Below, one piece after another: positions 37,673 through 49,244 of a stretch of DNA of 64,000 bases. How positions within the stretch are numbered: position 1 is the stretch's first letter; every line of letters starts with the position of its first letter. Under the pieces are notes generated by a model, which was not told the origin of the DNA, searched no databases, and worked only from the letters and a program-made list of their open reading frames with translations. This DNA is from Scyliorhinus canicula (taxonomy: Eukaryota): NCBI RefSeq assembly GCF_902713615.1, contig NC_052162.1, positions 38,129,990-38,193,989 of the forward strand, in the 5' to 3' direction. The translations under genes and the position numbers were made by a program.

Positions 37673-38650
37673 CATTCACTTAACCTATCCAAATCCCTCT
37701 GCAGACTTCCGGTATCCTCTGCACTTTTTGCTTTACCACTCATCTTAGTGTCATCTGCAAACTTGGACACATTGCACTTGGTCCCCAACTCCAAATCATC
37801 TATGTAAATTGTGAACCATTGTGGGTCCAACACTGATCCCTGAGGGACACTACTAGCTACTGATTGCCAACCAGAGAAACACCCATTAATCCCCACTCTT
37901 TGCTTTCTATTAATTCACCAATCCTCTATCCATGCTACTACTTTACTCTTAATTCCATGCATCTTTATCTCATGCAGCAACCTTTTGCGTGGCATCTTGT
38001 CAAAGGCTTTCTGGAAATCCAGATACACCACATCCATTGGCGCACCATTATCTACCGCACTGGTAATGTCCTCAAAAAATTCCACTAAATTAGTTAGGCA
38101 CGACCTGCCCTTCATGAACCCATGCTGTGTCTGCCCAATGGGACAATTTCCATCCAGATGCCTTGCTATTTCTTCCTTGATGATATTTCCAGCATCTTCC
38201 CTACTACCGAAGTCCAGTTCACTGGCCTATAATTACCCGCTTTCTGCCTACCTCCTTTTTTAAACAGTGGTGTCACGTTTGTCAATTTCCAATCCGCCGG
38301 GACCACCCCAGAGTCTAGTGAATTTTGGTAAATTATCATTCGTGCATTTGCAATTTCCCTAGCCATCTCTTTTAGCACTCTGCGATGTATTCCATCAGAG
38401 CCAGGAGACCTGTCTACCTTTAGCCCCATTAGCTTGCCCATCACTACCTCCTTAGTGAAAGCAATCATCTCAAAGTCCTTACCTGTCATGGCCTCATTTC
38501 TATCAGTCACTGACTGTTATTTGTGTCTTCCACTGTGAAGACCGACAGAAAAAAAACTGTTCAGTTCCTGAGCCATTTCCTCATCTCCCATTATTAAATC
38601 TCCCTTCTCATCCTCTAAAGGACCAATATTTACCTTAGCCACTCTTTTTT
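37673..38650 (-). mobile_element. Relatively young CR1 RT fragment
   Basis: NYRPV, GRSCLTNLVEFFE, VYLDFQKAFDK, PQGSVL, KFADDTK. Confidence 0.92.
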
Positions 38651-38994
38651 GTTTTCCTCCAGGTGCTCCGGTTTCCTCCCACAGTCCAAAGACGTGCAGG
38701 TTAGGTAAATTGGCCATTCTAAATTGCCCTTAATGTCCAAAAAGATTAAGAGGCGTTATTGGGTTACGGGGATAGGGGGGAAGTGAGGGCTTAAGTGGGT
38801 CGGTGCAGAATGGTTGGGCCGAATGGCCTCCTTCTGCACTGCATGTTCTATGTTCCAACACTCCTGCTTCTGAGCCAGTTGACAATGGCGCAGCAGAAAG
38901 AATTCCATAGTGTTTGGTCTGCCTTTTCTCCTCAATATGTTTGATTCTGCTCCACTTTGCCTGCACACAAGCCTGAACTCAGGTTATAGTCAGA

Positions 38995-39322
38995 CCATAG
39001 AATTCCTAATGTGCAGAAGGAGGTCACTTGGCTGATTGAATCTCACTAACACTTTTAAAGAGAATCTAGGCCATACCCTCTCCCTATCCTTGTAATCCCA
39101 ATTAACCTGCACATCTCTCGACATTAAGGGGCAATTTAGCATGGCAAATCCCCCTAATCTGCACATCTTTGGACCGTGGAAGTAAACCGGAGTACTTAGA
39201 GGAAACCCACGCAGATACGGAAGAAAATGCAAACTCCACATTGACAGTCACCCAAGGCTGGAATTGAACCCTGGTCCCTGGCGTTGTGATGTAGCAGTGC
39301 TAACCCCGGTGCCACCATGCTG
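38995..39322 (-). mobile_element. V-SINE
   Basis: Reverse-complement head, V-domain and tail. Confidence 0.88.
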
Positions 39323-39483
39323 CCATGTTGCTGGCTGGGTGCACCAGTACGCCAGTACGGTCTGGTCAGGTTGGGCACACTGTACCTGTGCACTCCTCGG
39401 GCTTGGGGGAGGGGGAGGGGGTGGTAATGGATTCATTGCATTTCAAAAATATGAATTTTTGTTATGACGCAGTTCACTTTTAA

Positions 39484-39762
39484 GGGCCGGGATTCTCCCC
39501 TACCCGGCGGGGTGGGGGGGGGTCCAGGCGTGTTGGAGTGGCATTAACCACTCCGGCGTCGGGCCGCCCCAAAGGTGTGGAAGGCTCCGCACCTTTAGGG
39601 GCCAAGCCCTCACCGGCGGCCCCAAAGGTGCGGAAGTCTCCGTGGCGCAATCCCTGCCCCCGCCAAATCCCTGGCGCCGGAGAATTCAGCAGCCGGTGGG
39701 GATGGGATTCACGCCACCCCCCGGCGATTCTCCGACCCGGCAGGGGGTTGGAGAATGCCGCC
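39484..39762. mobile_element. Short GC-rich TIR MITE
   Basis: GGGCCGGGATTCTCC...GGAGAATGCCGCC. Confidence 0.75.
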
Positions 39763-39764
39763 GC

Positions 39765-40210
39765 AGATGTGTTTGGAGGAATCGGCAATGTGAATCAGCT
39801 TAATACAGATATGAATGAATAGCAACAAATTCTGACTGATGAAGGTGGTAAAAATGTGAATAGATGGGAATGGAACCAGAATAATGTAGATAAAATAATG
39901 CATTTGGTTTATTTTATCAGAGGTTTTACTTGTACCCTGGAAAACGAGGAATACATTAAAAGTAGAGTGGCCACATCACCGTTTGTTAGTTTACTGATGT
40001 AATTCAACACTATTGACAGAGCTGTGTCAATTCATAATCAACTTTGGGTCAGAGCCACAGAATATTGGCAATGAATTGGAGATGGTTTTACGAGTAATTT
40101 TTGGAAGCTAAACATCACGTGGCTAATAAATATTGACAATGTTTATGTGACACATTGGTTGTTTATACACTGCTGGTAATATGACCGTTTAAAATTGATA
40201 GTCATATAAA
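39765..40210 (+). pseudogene. Fossil coding region, unidentified
   Basis: About 145 codons in one frame with 4 stops: DVFGGIGNVNQLNTDMNE*QQILTDEGGKNVNRWEWNQNNVDKIMHLVYFIRGFTCTLENEEY... Confidence 0.45.
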
Positions 40211-40224
40211 GATGTGCTATATAA

Positions 40225-40640
40225 ATAATGTGGCTACAGGAGTAGGAATCCTGTGGTGAGTAACTCACCTCCAGGCTACCCAAATGTTGTCCAAAATCAC
40301 AGTACCAGAACTACAGGAACTCAGCAAGGCTTTTTAGACAGTACCTTCCAAACTCATGACCATCCCGAGGGACAAGGGCAGCAGACACATGGGGGTAGCA
40401 CCACATGAAAGTTCCCCTCCATGCCACCCACCATCCCAACTTGGAAATGTATCATCATTCCTTCACTATCGCTGGATTAAAACCTTAGAACTCCCTCCTT
40501 CACAGCACTGTGGATGTACTTGCACCGCATGGACTGCAGCAGTTCGAAGACAGCTCACTACCACCTTCTCAAGGGCAATTAAGGGTGGGCAATAAATGCT
40601 GGCATAGCCAGCAATGACCACATCCTAAGAATGAATAATA
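40225..40640 (+). mobile_element. 3' end of a CR1/L2-group LINE
   Basis: CCACCTTCTCAAGGGCAATT...AATAAATGCTGG tail. Confidence 0.8.
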
Positions 40641-41022
40641 ATATAAAAATGTTGTTGACAATATTTATAGTAATTGTTACTACACTATTAAAAACCCAGA
40701 TGCGGAGGTCCTTCTTATCACCTGATGAAACTTTAGCAGAGGACCAGAGGAATCTAAATAACCCCAAAAAGAACGCTAAAAAAGGCACAGCCACTGTCAG
40801 ACTGACAATGATAATCCATCAGAACACTGAGCAGCATGGGCTGAATTTTCTGGTGGAGGCTGAAGTTCCACCTTGAGATTTGAAAGATGGAGGCAGCTCT
40901 GTTCCAGCATTCTGCTGGCAGTGGCCAATTAACAGGCCACCGACCAATCAGAGGGCCAGCATCTCAGCAGCCTCTACAACACCATTGCTGTGACAGCCAC
41001 TTCTGAGGCAGCAGCTCGAGTA

Positions 41023-41096
41023 GTCTCTGTGGCACAATTGGTTAGTGCTTTTGGCTGTAAACCGAAAGGTTCATGGCTTGAAGTCACCCAGGGATG
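41023..41096 (+). pseudogene. tRNA-Asn pseudogene (anticodon GTT changed to GTA)
   Basis: 74 nt colinear with vertebrate tRNA-Asn(GTT) (GTCTCTGTGG...CACCCAGGGAYG); most CpGs decayed; T-arm/B box broken. Confidence 0.85.
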
Positions 41097-41109
41097 AACT
41101 CCGTCAATA

Positions 41110-41410
41110 GGGTAGCACAGTGGTTACACTGCCGCCTCACAGCACCAGGGACCCGGGTTCGATTTTGGCCTTGGATGATTGCATGCTTCGAGTTTGCATG
41201 TATCTGCATGGGTTTCCTCTGGGTGCTCCGGTTTCACCCCACAGTCCAAAGGTGTGTGGGTTTGGGTGTTGGCCATGATCAATGTGTGGGGCTATGGGGA
41301 CAGGGCGGGGGACTCGGCCAATATAGAGTGCTCTTTTGGAGGTTCACTGCAGATTCAATGGGATGAATGGCCTCTTTCTGCACTGCAGGGATTCTATGGA
41401 TTCTATGGAT
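41110..41410 (+). mobile_element. V-SINE
   Basis: Head, V-domain and GGATTCTATG tail. Confidence 0.88.
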
Positions 41411-41839
41411 GACTGACATGTTTTGAAAGAGAGATGAGTCCTTTTGTGGAAATTAGAGCCAGACAAGCAAGCTGCAATGTTTATGTGGGAGGACTCTGGA
41501 GAATGGGTTGTCAAGTATCCTGGTGACAGCAGGTTAGACATGGGGTGGCGATTGCTGCCAGGAGCTCCTTCATGGGCTATGCAGTGCCCATAAATAATGG
41601 TCCCTCTCTCCCTCTCCCCCCAACAGAAGATCTAACTGGGAGTATACCAGGGTTTACTTGGTGGTCTGCCCAAGCGGATGCAAATCTCCTGACATGGACA
41701 AACCCCCTGAGGGGGGAGGAGGTGGACCTTAATTCAGCTATTAAATGGGTTAATTGGTCACCAAGGCTGCTGACTGAACATGCACGTTAACCCTAAGAGA
41801 ATCTTGAATTAAGTCTCTTTGTGCTTCTGATTTCCTAAG

Positions 41840-44140
41840 CATTTTCCCATTTAGAAAATAGTCTTGCTTACAAAGTGCATAACCTCATATTTTTCCACTT
41901 GTATTCCATCTGACACTTCTTTCCCCACCTCCTAGCCTGTCCAAGCACTTCTGTAGCCCCCCCCCCCCCACTACTTTCTCAATACAACCTGTCCTTCTGC
42001 ACATCTTTGTTACATCTGCAAACTTAGCAACAATGCCCTCATTTCCTTCTTCCAGATTGTTAATGTATATTATAAAAAGCTTTGACAAAGGGTCATCTGG
42101 ACTCAAAACGTCAGCTCTTTTCTCTCCCGATAGATGCTGCCAGACCTGCTGAGATTTTCCAGCATTTTCTCTTTCGTTTCAGATTCCAGCATCCACAGTA
42201 ATTTGTTTTAATGAAAAGTTGTGGTTCCAACTCCGACCCCTGAGGCACACCACAAGTCACTGGATGCCATCCTGAAAATGACCCCTTTATATCCACTCTC
42301 TGCCTTCTGTCAGTCAGCCAATCCTCTATCCATGCTAATATCTTACAGCATCGTAAAAGGCACCTCGTTAAAGGCCTTCTGGAAATCTAAATAGATCACT
42401 CTACTGGTTCTCCTTTGTCTAACTTCCTTGTTACCTCCTCAAAGTACTCTAACAGATTTGTCAGACATGACCTCCCATTGACGAAATCATGCAGACTCAG
42501 TCCTATTTTGTCACGCACTTCCAAGTACTCTGCAATCTCATCTTTAATAATGGACTCTAAAATCTTACTAATGATCGAAGTCAGGCCAACAGTTTCCCAT
42601 CTTCTGCCTCCCTCCCTTCTTAAACAGGAATGTTACATGAGCCATTTTCCAGTCCTCTGGGACCCTTCCTGCCTCTAGTGATTCCTGAAAGATCATCACC
42701 AATGTCTCCACAATCTCCTCCTCTATCACTTCAAGTACCCTAGGGTGTAGTCCATCCGGTCCAATTTATTTATCTACCTTAAGACCTTTCAGTTTCCCTA
42801 AAACCTTCTCCTTAGTGATGGTCACGGCACTCTCCTCAAGTTATGGTATCCTACTGATGCCTTCCACTGTGATGACTGATACAAAGTACTTATTCAGCTC
42901 CTCTGTCATTTCTTTGTTTCCTATTACCACTTCTCCAGCCTCATTTTCCAGTGATCTGCCTATTCTTGCCTCTCTCTTACCTTTTATATGTCGAAAAGTA
43001 CTCTTGCTATGTTCTTTTATATTACTAGCTAGCTTACACTCACATTTCATCTTCCCCTCCTTACTGCTTTTTTAGTTGTCCTTTGCTCACTTTTAAAGGC
43101 TTCCCAATCCTCTGATTTCTCACTAGTCCTCTCCAACTTGTATGTTTTTTATTTTGCTTGTATGCTGCCCTTGACTTCCCTTGTCAGCCATGGATGCCTT
43201 GTCCTCCAAGCATGTTTCCTCTTCCTTGGGATGAATTCCTGTCTTCCCTCCCGAATAAACCTCAAAAACTCCTGCCATTGCTGATCCACTGTCATCTCTG
43301 CTACCTCAGGCAGCTCCTCCCTCATGTCTTTGTAGCTACCCTTAGTTAATTGTAATACCGTTACATCTGATTGCAGCTTCTCCCTCTCAAACTGCAGGGT
43401 AAATTCTATCATATTGTGGTCAACTGCCCCTTAAGGGTTCCTTCACCTTAAGTTCCATAATCAAGTCTGCCTCACGACACATCACCAAATCCATAATTGC
43501 CTGTTCCCGAGTGGGCTCTGTCACAAGCTGCTCCATCTCAGAGACATTTGCTTGGGATCCACTACGAACCTGATTTTCCCAGTCTTCTTGCATGTTGAAG
43601 TCCCCCATGAGTATTGTAATATTGCCTTTCTTGTTTGCCTTTTCTGTCTCCTGATTTATTTTCTGCCCACATCCTGACTACTGCTAGGGGGCTAGTACAT
43701 AACTCTTTTTCCCTTTACGATTCCTCAACTCTACCCACACAGATTCTATGCCTTCATTGCATCTTGCTATTGCTTTAATTTCATTTCTTACTAACAATGC
43801 AACCGCTGCCCATCTGTCTGTCCTTTCGACAGGACCCATATCGTTGGATATTTAAATCCCAGTCCTGATCCCCTTGTAGCCATGTCTCTGTGATGTCCAC
43901 AGCATGGTACACATCAATTTCAATGTACGCAACAAGCTCATTTACCTTGATCCATATACTGCACGCTTTAGTTACAACACCCTCAGTCCTGCATTGACCA
44001 CCTATCTTCTCATATTTGTCCCCTTTTTTGTTCTGCCTGAAGTTATATCCCTGACACCTTCTACACGGTCTGTTCCATTATGTGTTCTGGAAACTTTACT
44101 AAACTCTCCTGAGTCCTTGATCCATTAAACTAGTTTAAAG
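41840..44140 (-). mobile_element. CR1 ORF2 (endonuclease plus RT), degraded
   Basis: MGDFN, EPTREQA..DLV, GVPQGS, KFAD.TK. Confidence 0.9.
42078..42210 (+). mobile_element. Penelope-like terminal-repeat fragment
   Basis: Similar to 52040-52177; TTGACAAAGGGTC...GACTCAAAAC and GATGCTGCCAGACCTGCTGAG...TCCAGCA. Confidence 0.6.
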
Positions 44141-44275
44141 TCCTCTTCATTAACCTCCACATCTACCTTCTCCTTTAACTTTGATTTTCTATACAAACTG
44201 GACAAACCAAATTGGCAAAAGTAACTTGGAAGAAAATTTCATAAAATCCCTTTTAAACGGTTGTTGTGAACAAGG

Positions 44276-44462
44276 TGCTGGATTCTCCGTCGGCGGGATC
44301 CTCCACTTCGCCGGCAGTGCACTCACGTCCGCGGATTTCCTGACGGCGTGGGGTGCCCAGAATGGGAAAACTCATTGGCTGGCTGCCGGGATGGAGGATG
44401 GCGCTCCCGGAGGGAGCACGCCGCACCAGAAAATGGCTGCGGCGGGACAGAGAATCCTGCCC
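44276..44462. mobile_element. Short GC-rich TIR MITE within a degraded CR1
   Basis: GGATTCTC...GAGAATCCTGCCC. Confidence 0.7.
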
Positions 44463-45979
44463 AATATGTTTGTGTTTCAACTTGGCAAAAGGCAATTTAA
44501 ATCTCTTATTGTGCAATGAGATATGGTGAATTAGTCATCCTATTGTATAGGCTCTTCTTTGGAAGAGTAATCATACTGTGATGAATTTCATATTAAGTTT
44601 TCAGACTAATGTTAATTCCAAAAAGAGGGGGTTTATTCAAGCAACGTCAAATACAGATGAAGGAGACTGATATGAGGCTGAGAAATTAAATGAAGGTGGT
44701 AGATAAACAATAGAAGCATTTTAGTAAATAATCCGCAAACAAAATATTTATAAATTCCCTTAAAAATAGAAACCTCCACTGGAAAGTGGCAGAGTCATGT
44801 CTAGGTAGAGAACTGAACAACAATATTGGATAATAAGAACCTTACAGTGCTGCCAAAAAGAGTAGCCGGAAGGTTGGGATGGTATTAGAAATCAGCAAAG
44901 AGTGACCAAGGAATTGATAAAAGAGGCAGATAATAGAATGAAGTAAGCTCGCAATAAGTAGACAAACAGACTGAGAGAGCTTTTACAGTTATATGAAAAG
45001 GAAATGTTTAGCGTAAGAAAACGTGGGTAAAAACTATAGAAATTATAATGGGCAATAGGAAATGACAGAGATGTTAAGCAAGTGTGCTGTACGTTTCTCC
45101 ACAGTGGAAGACACAAGGAATATACCTGAATTTGTGGAGGTTCGAGGGATGAGAGGGACTTGAAATAATGAACCCTTAATCTTACATGTATGCTCCAAAG
45201 TTTGGGCGAAATTCTCCCAAAACATTTCTAAATGTCATCTGTGGTGGGAAACGAGGTGTGATTCCCCCTGAGTGGATCGGCATGATAGAGATCACAATCT
45301 ACCCACATTTAGAAATGCTTTTGGAGCCAGGGTTGTTTTGCGCCATGGGACCCGAAGAAGCCGGCAAGACCTCAGAGATTGGGGCTCCATTTTTAATAAT
45401 ACACCAATCTCAGAATACTACTGGAACATGTTCTATGTTCTATCTCCCCGCACAATTGCTAGCATGACCCCCCCCCCCCCCACCATGTAAACCAGAACCC
45501 GCTGTGGGTTTGCCAAAGGTGGTGGCACTGCGAGGATGCCATCAATCAAGAGGCTTGTAAAAAATAGTGGACCATGAAATTGAATGGTAATACAGTTCAA
45601 AGCTTTTCAGCAAGCCTAGAGGCCTGAAAATGTTACAGGGCAATGAATGTGAAAAAGAGTTGCAAAGGTTTACAACACATCACTGCTGCTAGAGAGTTTA
45701 AAGATTTTAAAGGCTTCAGAGGGAAGACTTACTACGCAACTCCCATCCCAGGAAAGACCCCTGACCTGAGCCCCTCTTGCGGAAACCGAGCCCTGCTGAT
45801 TGCCATCTCCCTTGAAGGATTCCCTTTGGCAACCTGTAAGTAAGTGTAAAGAGGGTCTCACCACCTTGCTCCCCCTTGGTGTCCCAGGTACTTGGTCCAT
45901 GCTTTGAGGGACCAGTAGTATATCATTCCCGTGGGACTTCCAGATGAGGGATGGGAGCATCCCAGCAGGCTGCAACTGT

Positions 45980-47310
45980 CCATTTCATTTTGGGTCGCGT
46001 GTCCGATTTGACGGCACAGCAAGAATACTAACTTGGTCTGACAGCCCAGGACTATCACATCCTTTATTTTGTTCTCTAAAAAGTGAACAGATATTTGTGT
46101 ATTTTATTTCCTGGATTGTTTTCTCTGCAAATTCTTCAATGTTAGCCTGTCTAATGACATTACTATTGTTGGACACCAGGAATACCTCTACTGTTGGCTC
46201 ATTTATTTGGGAATTAAAATAACATTGTAAAATGTGATATTCACACCACAGGTTTAGCTCACTAGGCTAAATCGCTGCCTTTTAAAGCAGACCAAGCAGG
46301 CCAGCAGCACGGTTCGATTCCCGTACCAGCCTCCCCGGACAGGCGCCGCAATATGGCGACTGGGGGCTTTTCACAGTAACTTCATTGAAGCCTACTCGTG
46401 ACAATAAGCGATTTTCATTTCATTTCATTTTCATTTCATTTCACAGAGATTGTTTGATCTTAATGGAAAAATGTATTTGTTTCCTTGAAGTCAACAGTGA
46501 GCATCATCACTTTGTCACTGACTACAAAATCCAGGACATCATTTATGCCTTTACATTTTGCAGTAAGGTTACTTGTATTATTTTACTCATCTGTGCAATG
46601 TGCTGTACATTTCCAACCATGGCCCAAGAGTTAAAAAGTGCAGGTTTTGTGAAGCAGGCAGTGATAACTCGTAGCATGTTTTATTCCCAGATGAAACTAC
46701 TGGAACTAAAGTTCATAATGGTTTCAATTATGCTAAAGAGGATAGCTAAGAGGCAAAAATATTTTGGATTTGTGTAATGTTGATGAAATTCATTTATACT
46801 GTCATTTCACCTGAGCGAAGGGATTTGGGTAATGTGCATTATTGAGCTATTGATTTAGATTATCAAGGAACCAGCCACAGGCTACACCTACACAAAACAA
46901 AGTCGTTTGAAGTCAACTCTCTAAAGGTACATTTTTATCCCACTTCCATAAATATTATATTGCCTGTGATTCACGTTGAGAATTGGTTTCAAATAAGCTT
47001 AAGTAGAAACTGTGTCCCAATAAAAAGTCATTGCACAGTGAAGTAATTCACTCTGACGTGCCTCAAGACATTTTGACATGGTTAGTTGAATCACAAAGCT
47101 ACAGGTGAAAGCCAGTTTGGTAAAAATGCCCATGAAGGGAAGAGAGACTCAATATCAAGAATCAGTCTGGAGCAGCACAAGCACATCAAAGTCACCAACT
47201 AGCTGCCAGAGTTCTCTGTCTGGTTCTTCTCTTCGAAGCGCAGAAAATAGAACTGACAGACATCAGTAATGCTCCTGATGGTGCAGGTGTCCAAAAACAG
47301 TCGTCACAGT
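45980..47310 (-). pseudogene. Fossil coding region, unidentified (split by SINE 46251-46443)
   Basis: LFSALRREEPDRELWQLVGDFDVL; LILDIESLFPSWAFLPNWLSP; INEPTVEVFLVSNNSNVIRQANIEEFAEKTIQEIK. Confidence 0.4.
46251..46443 (+). mobile_element. Short tRNA-derived SINE with (TTTCA)n tail
   Basis: Near-identical to 37481-37672. Confidence 0.88.
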
Positions 47311-47409
47311 CTGAAGATATAGGGTAGACCATTTAAGACAGAGATGAGGAGAAAGTGGTCAGTCTGTAGAATTCGCCACCACAGAAAGTAGTTGAGGCCA
47401 AAACATTGT

Positions 47410-48059
47410 GGGTGAGATTTTCTAATCCCATGGCAGAGTGTCCACGCCATCGTAAACGCCGTTGTGTTTTACGATGGCATGAACCGGCCGAGTCGAGGAC
47501 TAATTCTGGCCCCTATGGGGGGGGCAGCAGGGCACTGGGGCGGTTCACGCCGCTCCATCTGCCGGTCCTGGTGCGACCTGGGCGCCATGGGTGCAGCATC
47601 AACGCGCACATGCGCAGTGGCGCCGGCACCAAAGTGCGCATGCGCAGTGGCCTCCTTCAATGCGCTGGCCCTGACGCAACACGGCGCAAGGCTACAGGGG
47701 CTGGTGTGTAGGAAAGAAGGCCCCAGACAGAGAGGCCGGCCCGCTGATCGTTGGGCCCCGATCGCGGGCCAGGCTACATCGGCGGTACCCCGCTGGGGTT
47801 GAACCCCCCCTCCCCCCCACAGGGGACCCCCCCGACCCTTCAACGCTGAGTTCCCGCCAGCTGAGAGCAGGTGTGGATGGCGCCGGTGGGACTCGCCGTT
47901 TTCAAGACAGCTGCTCAGCCCATCCCGGGCCGAGAATCGGGGCGCCTGCCCGTGCCTGCCCGGGACGGAAAGTCGGAGAGGCCCCCGACCGGCGCCGCGC
48001 CAACCACGCCACGCCAATGCCGCCGATTCTCCCGGCCATGGGCTGAGAGAATCCAGCCC
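47410..48059. mobile_element. GC-rich TIR MITE inserted in a CR1 3' end
   Basis: GGGTGAGATTTTCT...GAGAATCCAGCCC; CR1 tail on both sides (47315-47408, 48060-48230). Confidence 0.75.
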
Positions 48060-48654
48060 TTTTATATTTTCAAGAAGCAGTTAGATATTGCACTTGGAGC
48101 AAAGGGTATCACAGGATATGGTGAAAGGTGGGGTCAGGCTATTGAGTTGGATGATCAGCCATGATTATAATTAATGGTGGAGCATGCTCAAAAGGCCTGA
48201 ATTTCCTCCTCCTGCTCATATTTTCTATACATTGCTATACAACCCCCTTCCAGGGAAAGGCCCCTGACCTGAGCCCCTCCAGCCCAGCCCAAGCCCCCTC
48301 GATCCCTCCCCCCCCTGAAGGACCCCCTCTGGTACCCTGGAGGTAGGTGTCGAGAGGTTGCTCACCCCCTTGCTCCTCCTTGATGTCTTTGGCGTCTGGT
48401 CTCTGCTTTTAGGAACCAGTAGTAATTTGCTCCTGCAAGTTCCAGTTGGAGGGGTAGGAGCATCCCATCAATATTTTGGCCCTAAATCAGGTGGGCCAGA
48501 ACAAAACAGGATACAAGAAATTTCATGTACACAAATGTTTTTCTTTGCGAGAGATGCGTTTGTTTGGTGTTGGTGGTCAATATAGAGGGAGTACATTACA
48601 TTACATTACAGGTACATTACCATTTACCTGTCAAATTCTTTACAAGAGGGGTTC

Positions 48655-49244
48655 TTTACATGTGGCTCTGTGGTTAGCACTGGGACTGTGGCGCTGAGGA
48701 CTTGGGTTTGAATCCCGGCCCTGGGTCACTGTCCGTGTGGAGTTTGCACATTTTCCCCATGTCTGCGTGGGTTTCATAGAATTTACATAGATTACATAGA
48801 ATTTACAGTGCAGAAGGAGGCCATTCGGCCCATCGAGCCTGCACCGGCTCTTGGAAAGAGCACCCTACCCCCTATCCAAGGTCAACACCTCCACCCTATC
48901 CCCATTACCCAGTAACCCCACCCAACACTAAGGGCAATTTTGTACACTAAGGGCAATTTATCATGGCCAATCCACCTAACCCGCACATCTTTGGACTGTG
49001 GGAGGAAACCGGAGCACCCAGAGGAAACCCATGCGGAGGATGTGCAGACTCCGCACAGACAGTGACCCAAGCCGGAATCGAACCTGGGACCCTGGAGCTG
49101 TGAAGCGATTGTGCTATCCACAAGGCTACCGTGCTGCCCTTGTTTCACCCCCACAACCCAAAGAAGAGCAGGTTAGGTGGATTTGCCATGCTAAATTGCC
49201 CCTTAATTGGAAAGAAAATAATTGGGTACTCTAAATTGTTTTTA
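48655..49244 (+). mobile_element. V-SINE, A-tail type, interrupted by an antisense V-SINE
   Basis: Flanked by an about 18-bp direct repeat AAATTCTTTACAAGAGGG (near 48633 and 49245). Confidence 0.85.
48775..49139 (-). mobile_element. Young V-SINE subfamily copy
   Basis: Near-identical to 4100-4447. Confidence 0.92.

Noticed and set aside
46385-46777. 130-aa plus-strand ORF (also 50929-51249 and 51809-52039)
   Set aside because: Composition suggests antisense shadow frames of the minus-strand fossil, and the first starts inside a SINE; strand assignment is not certain
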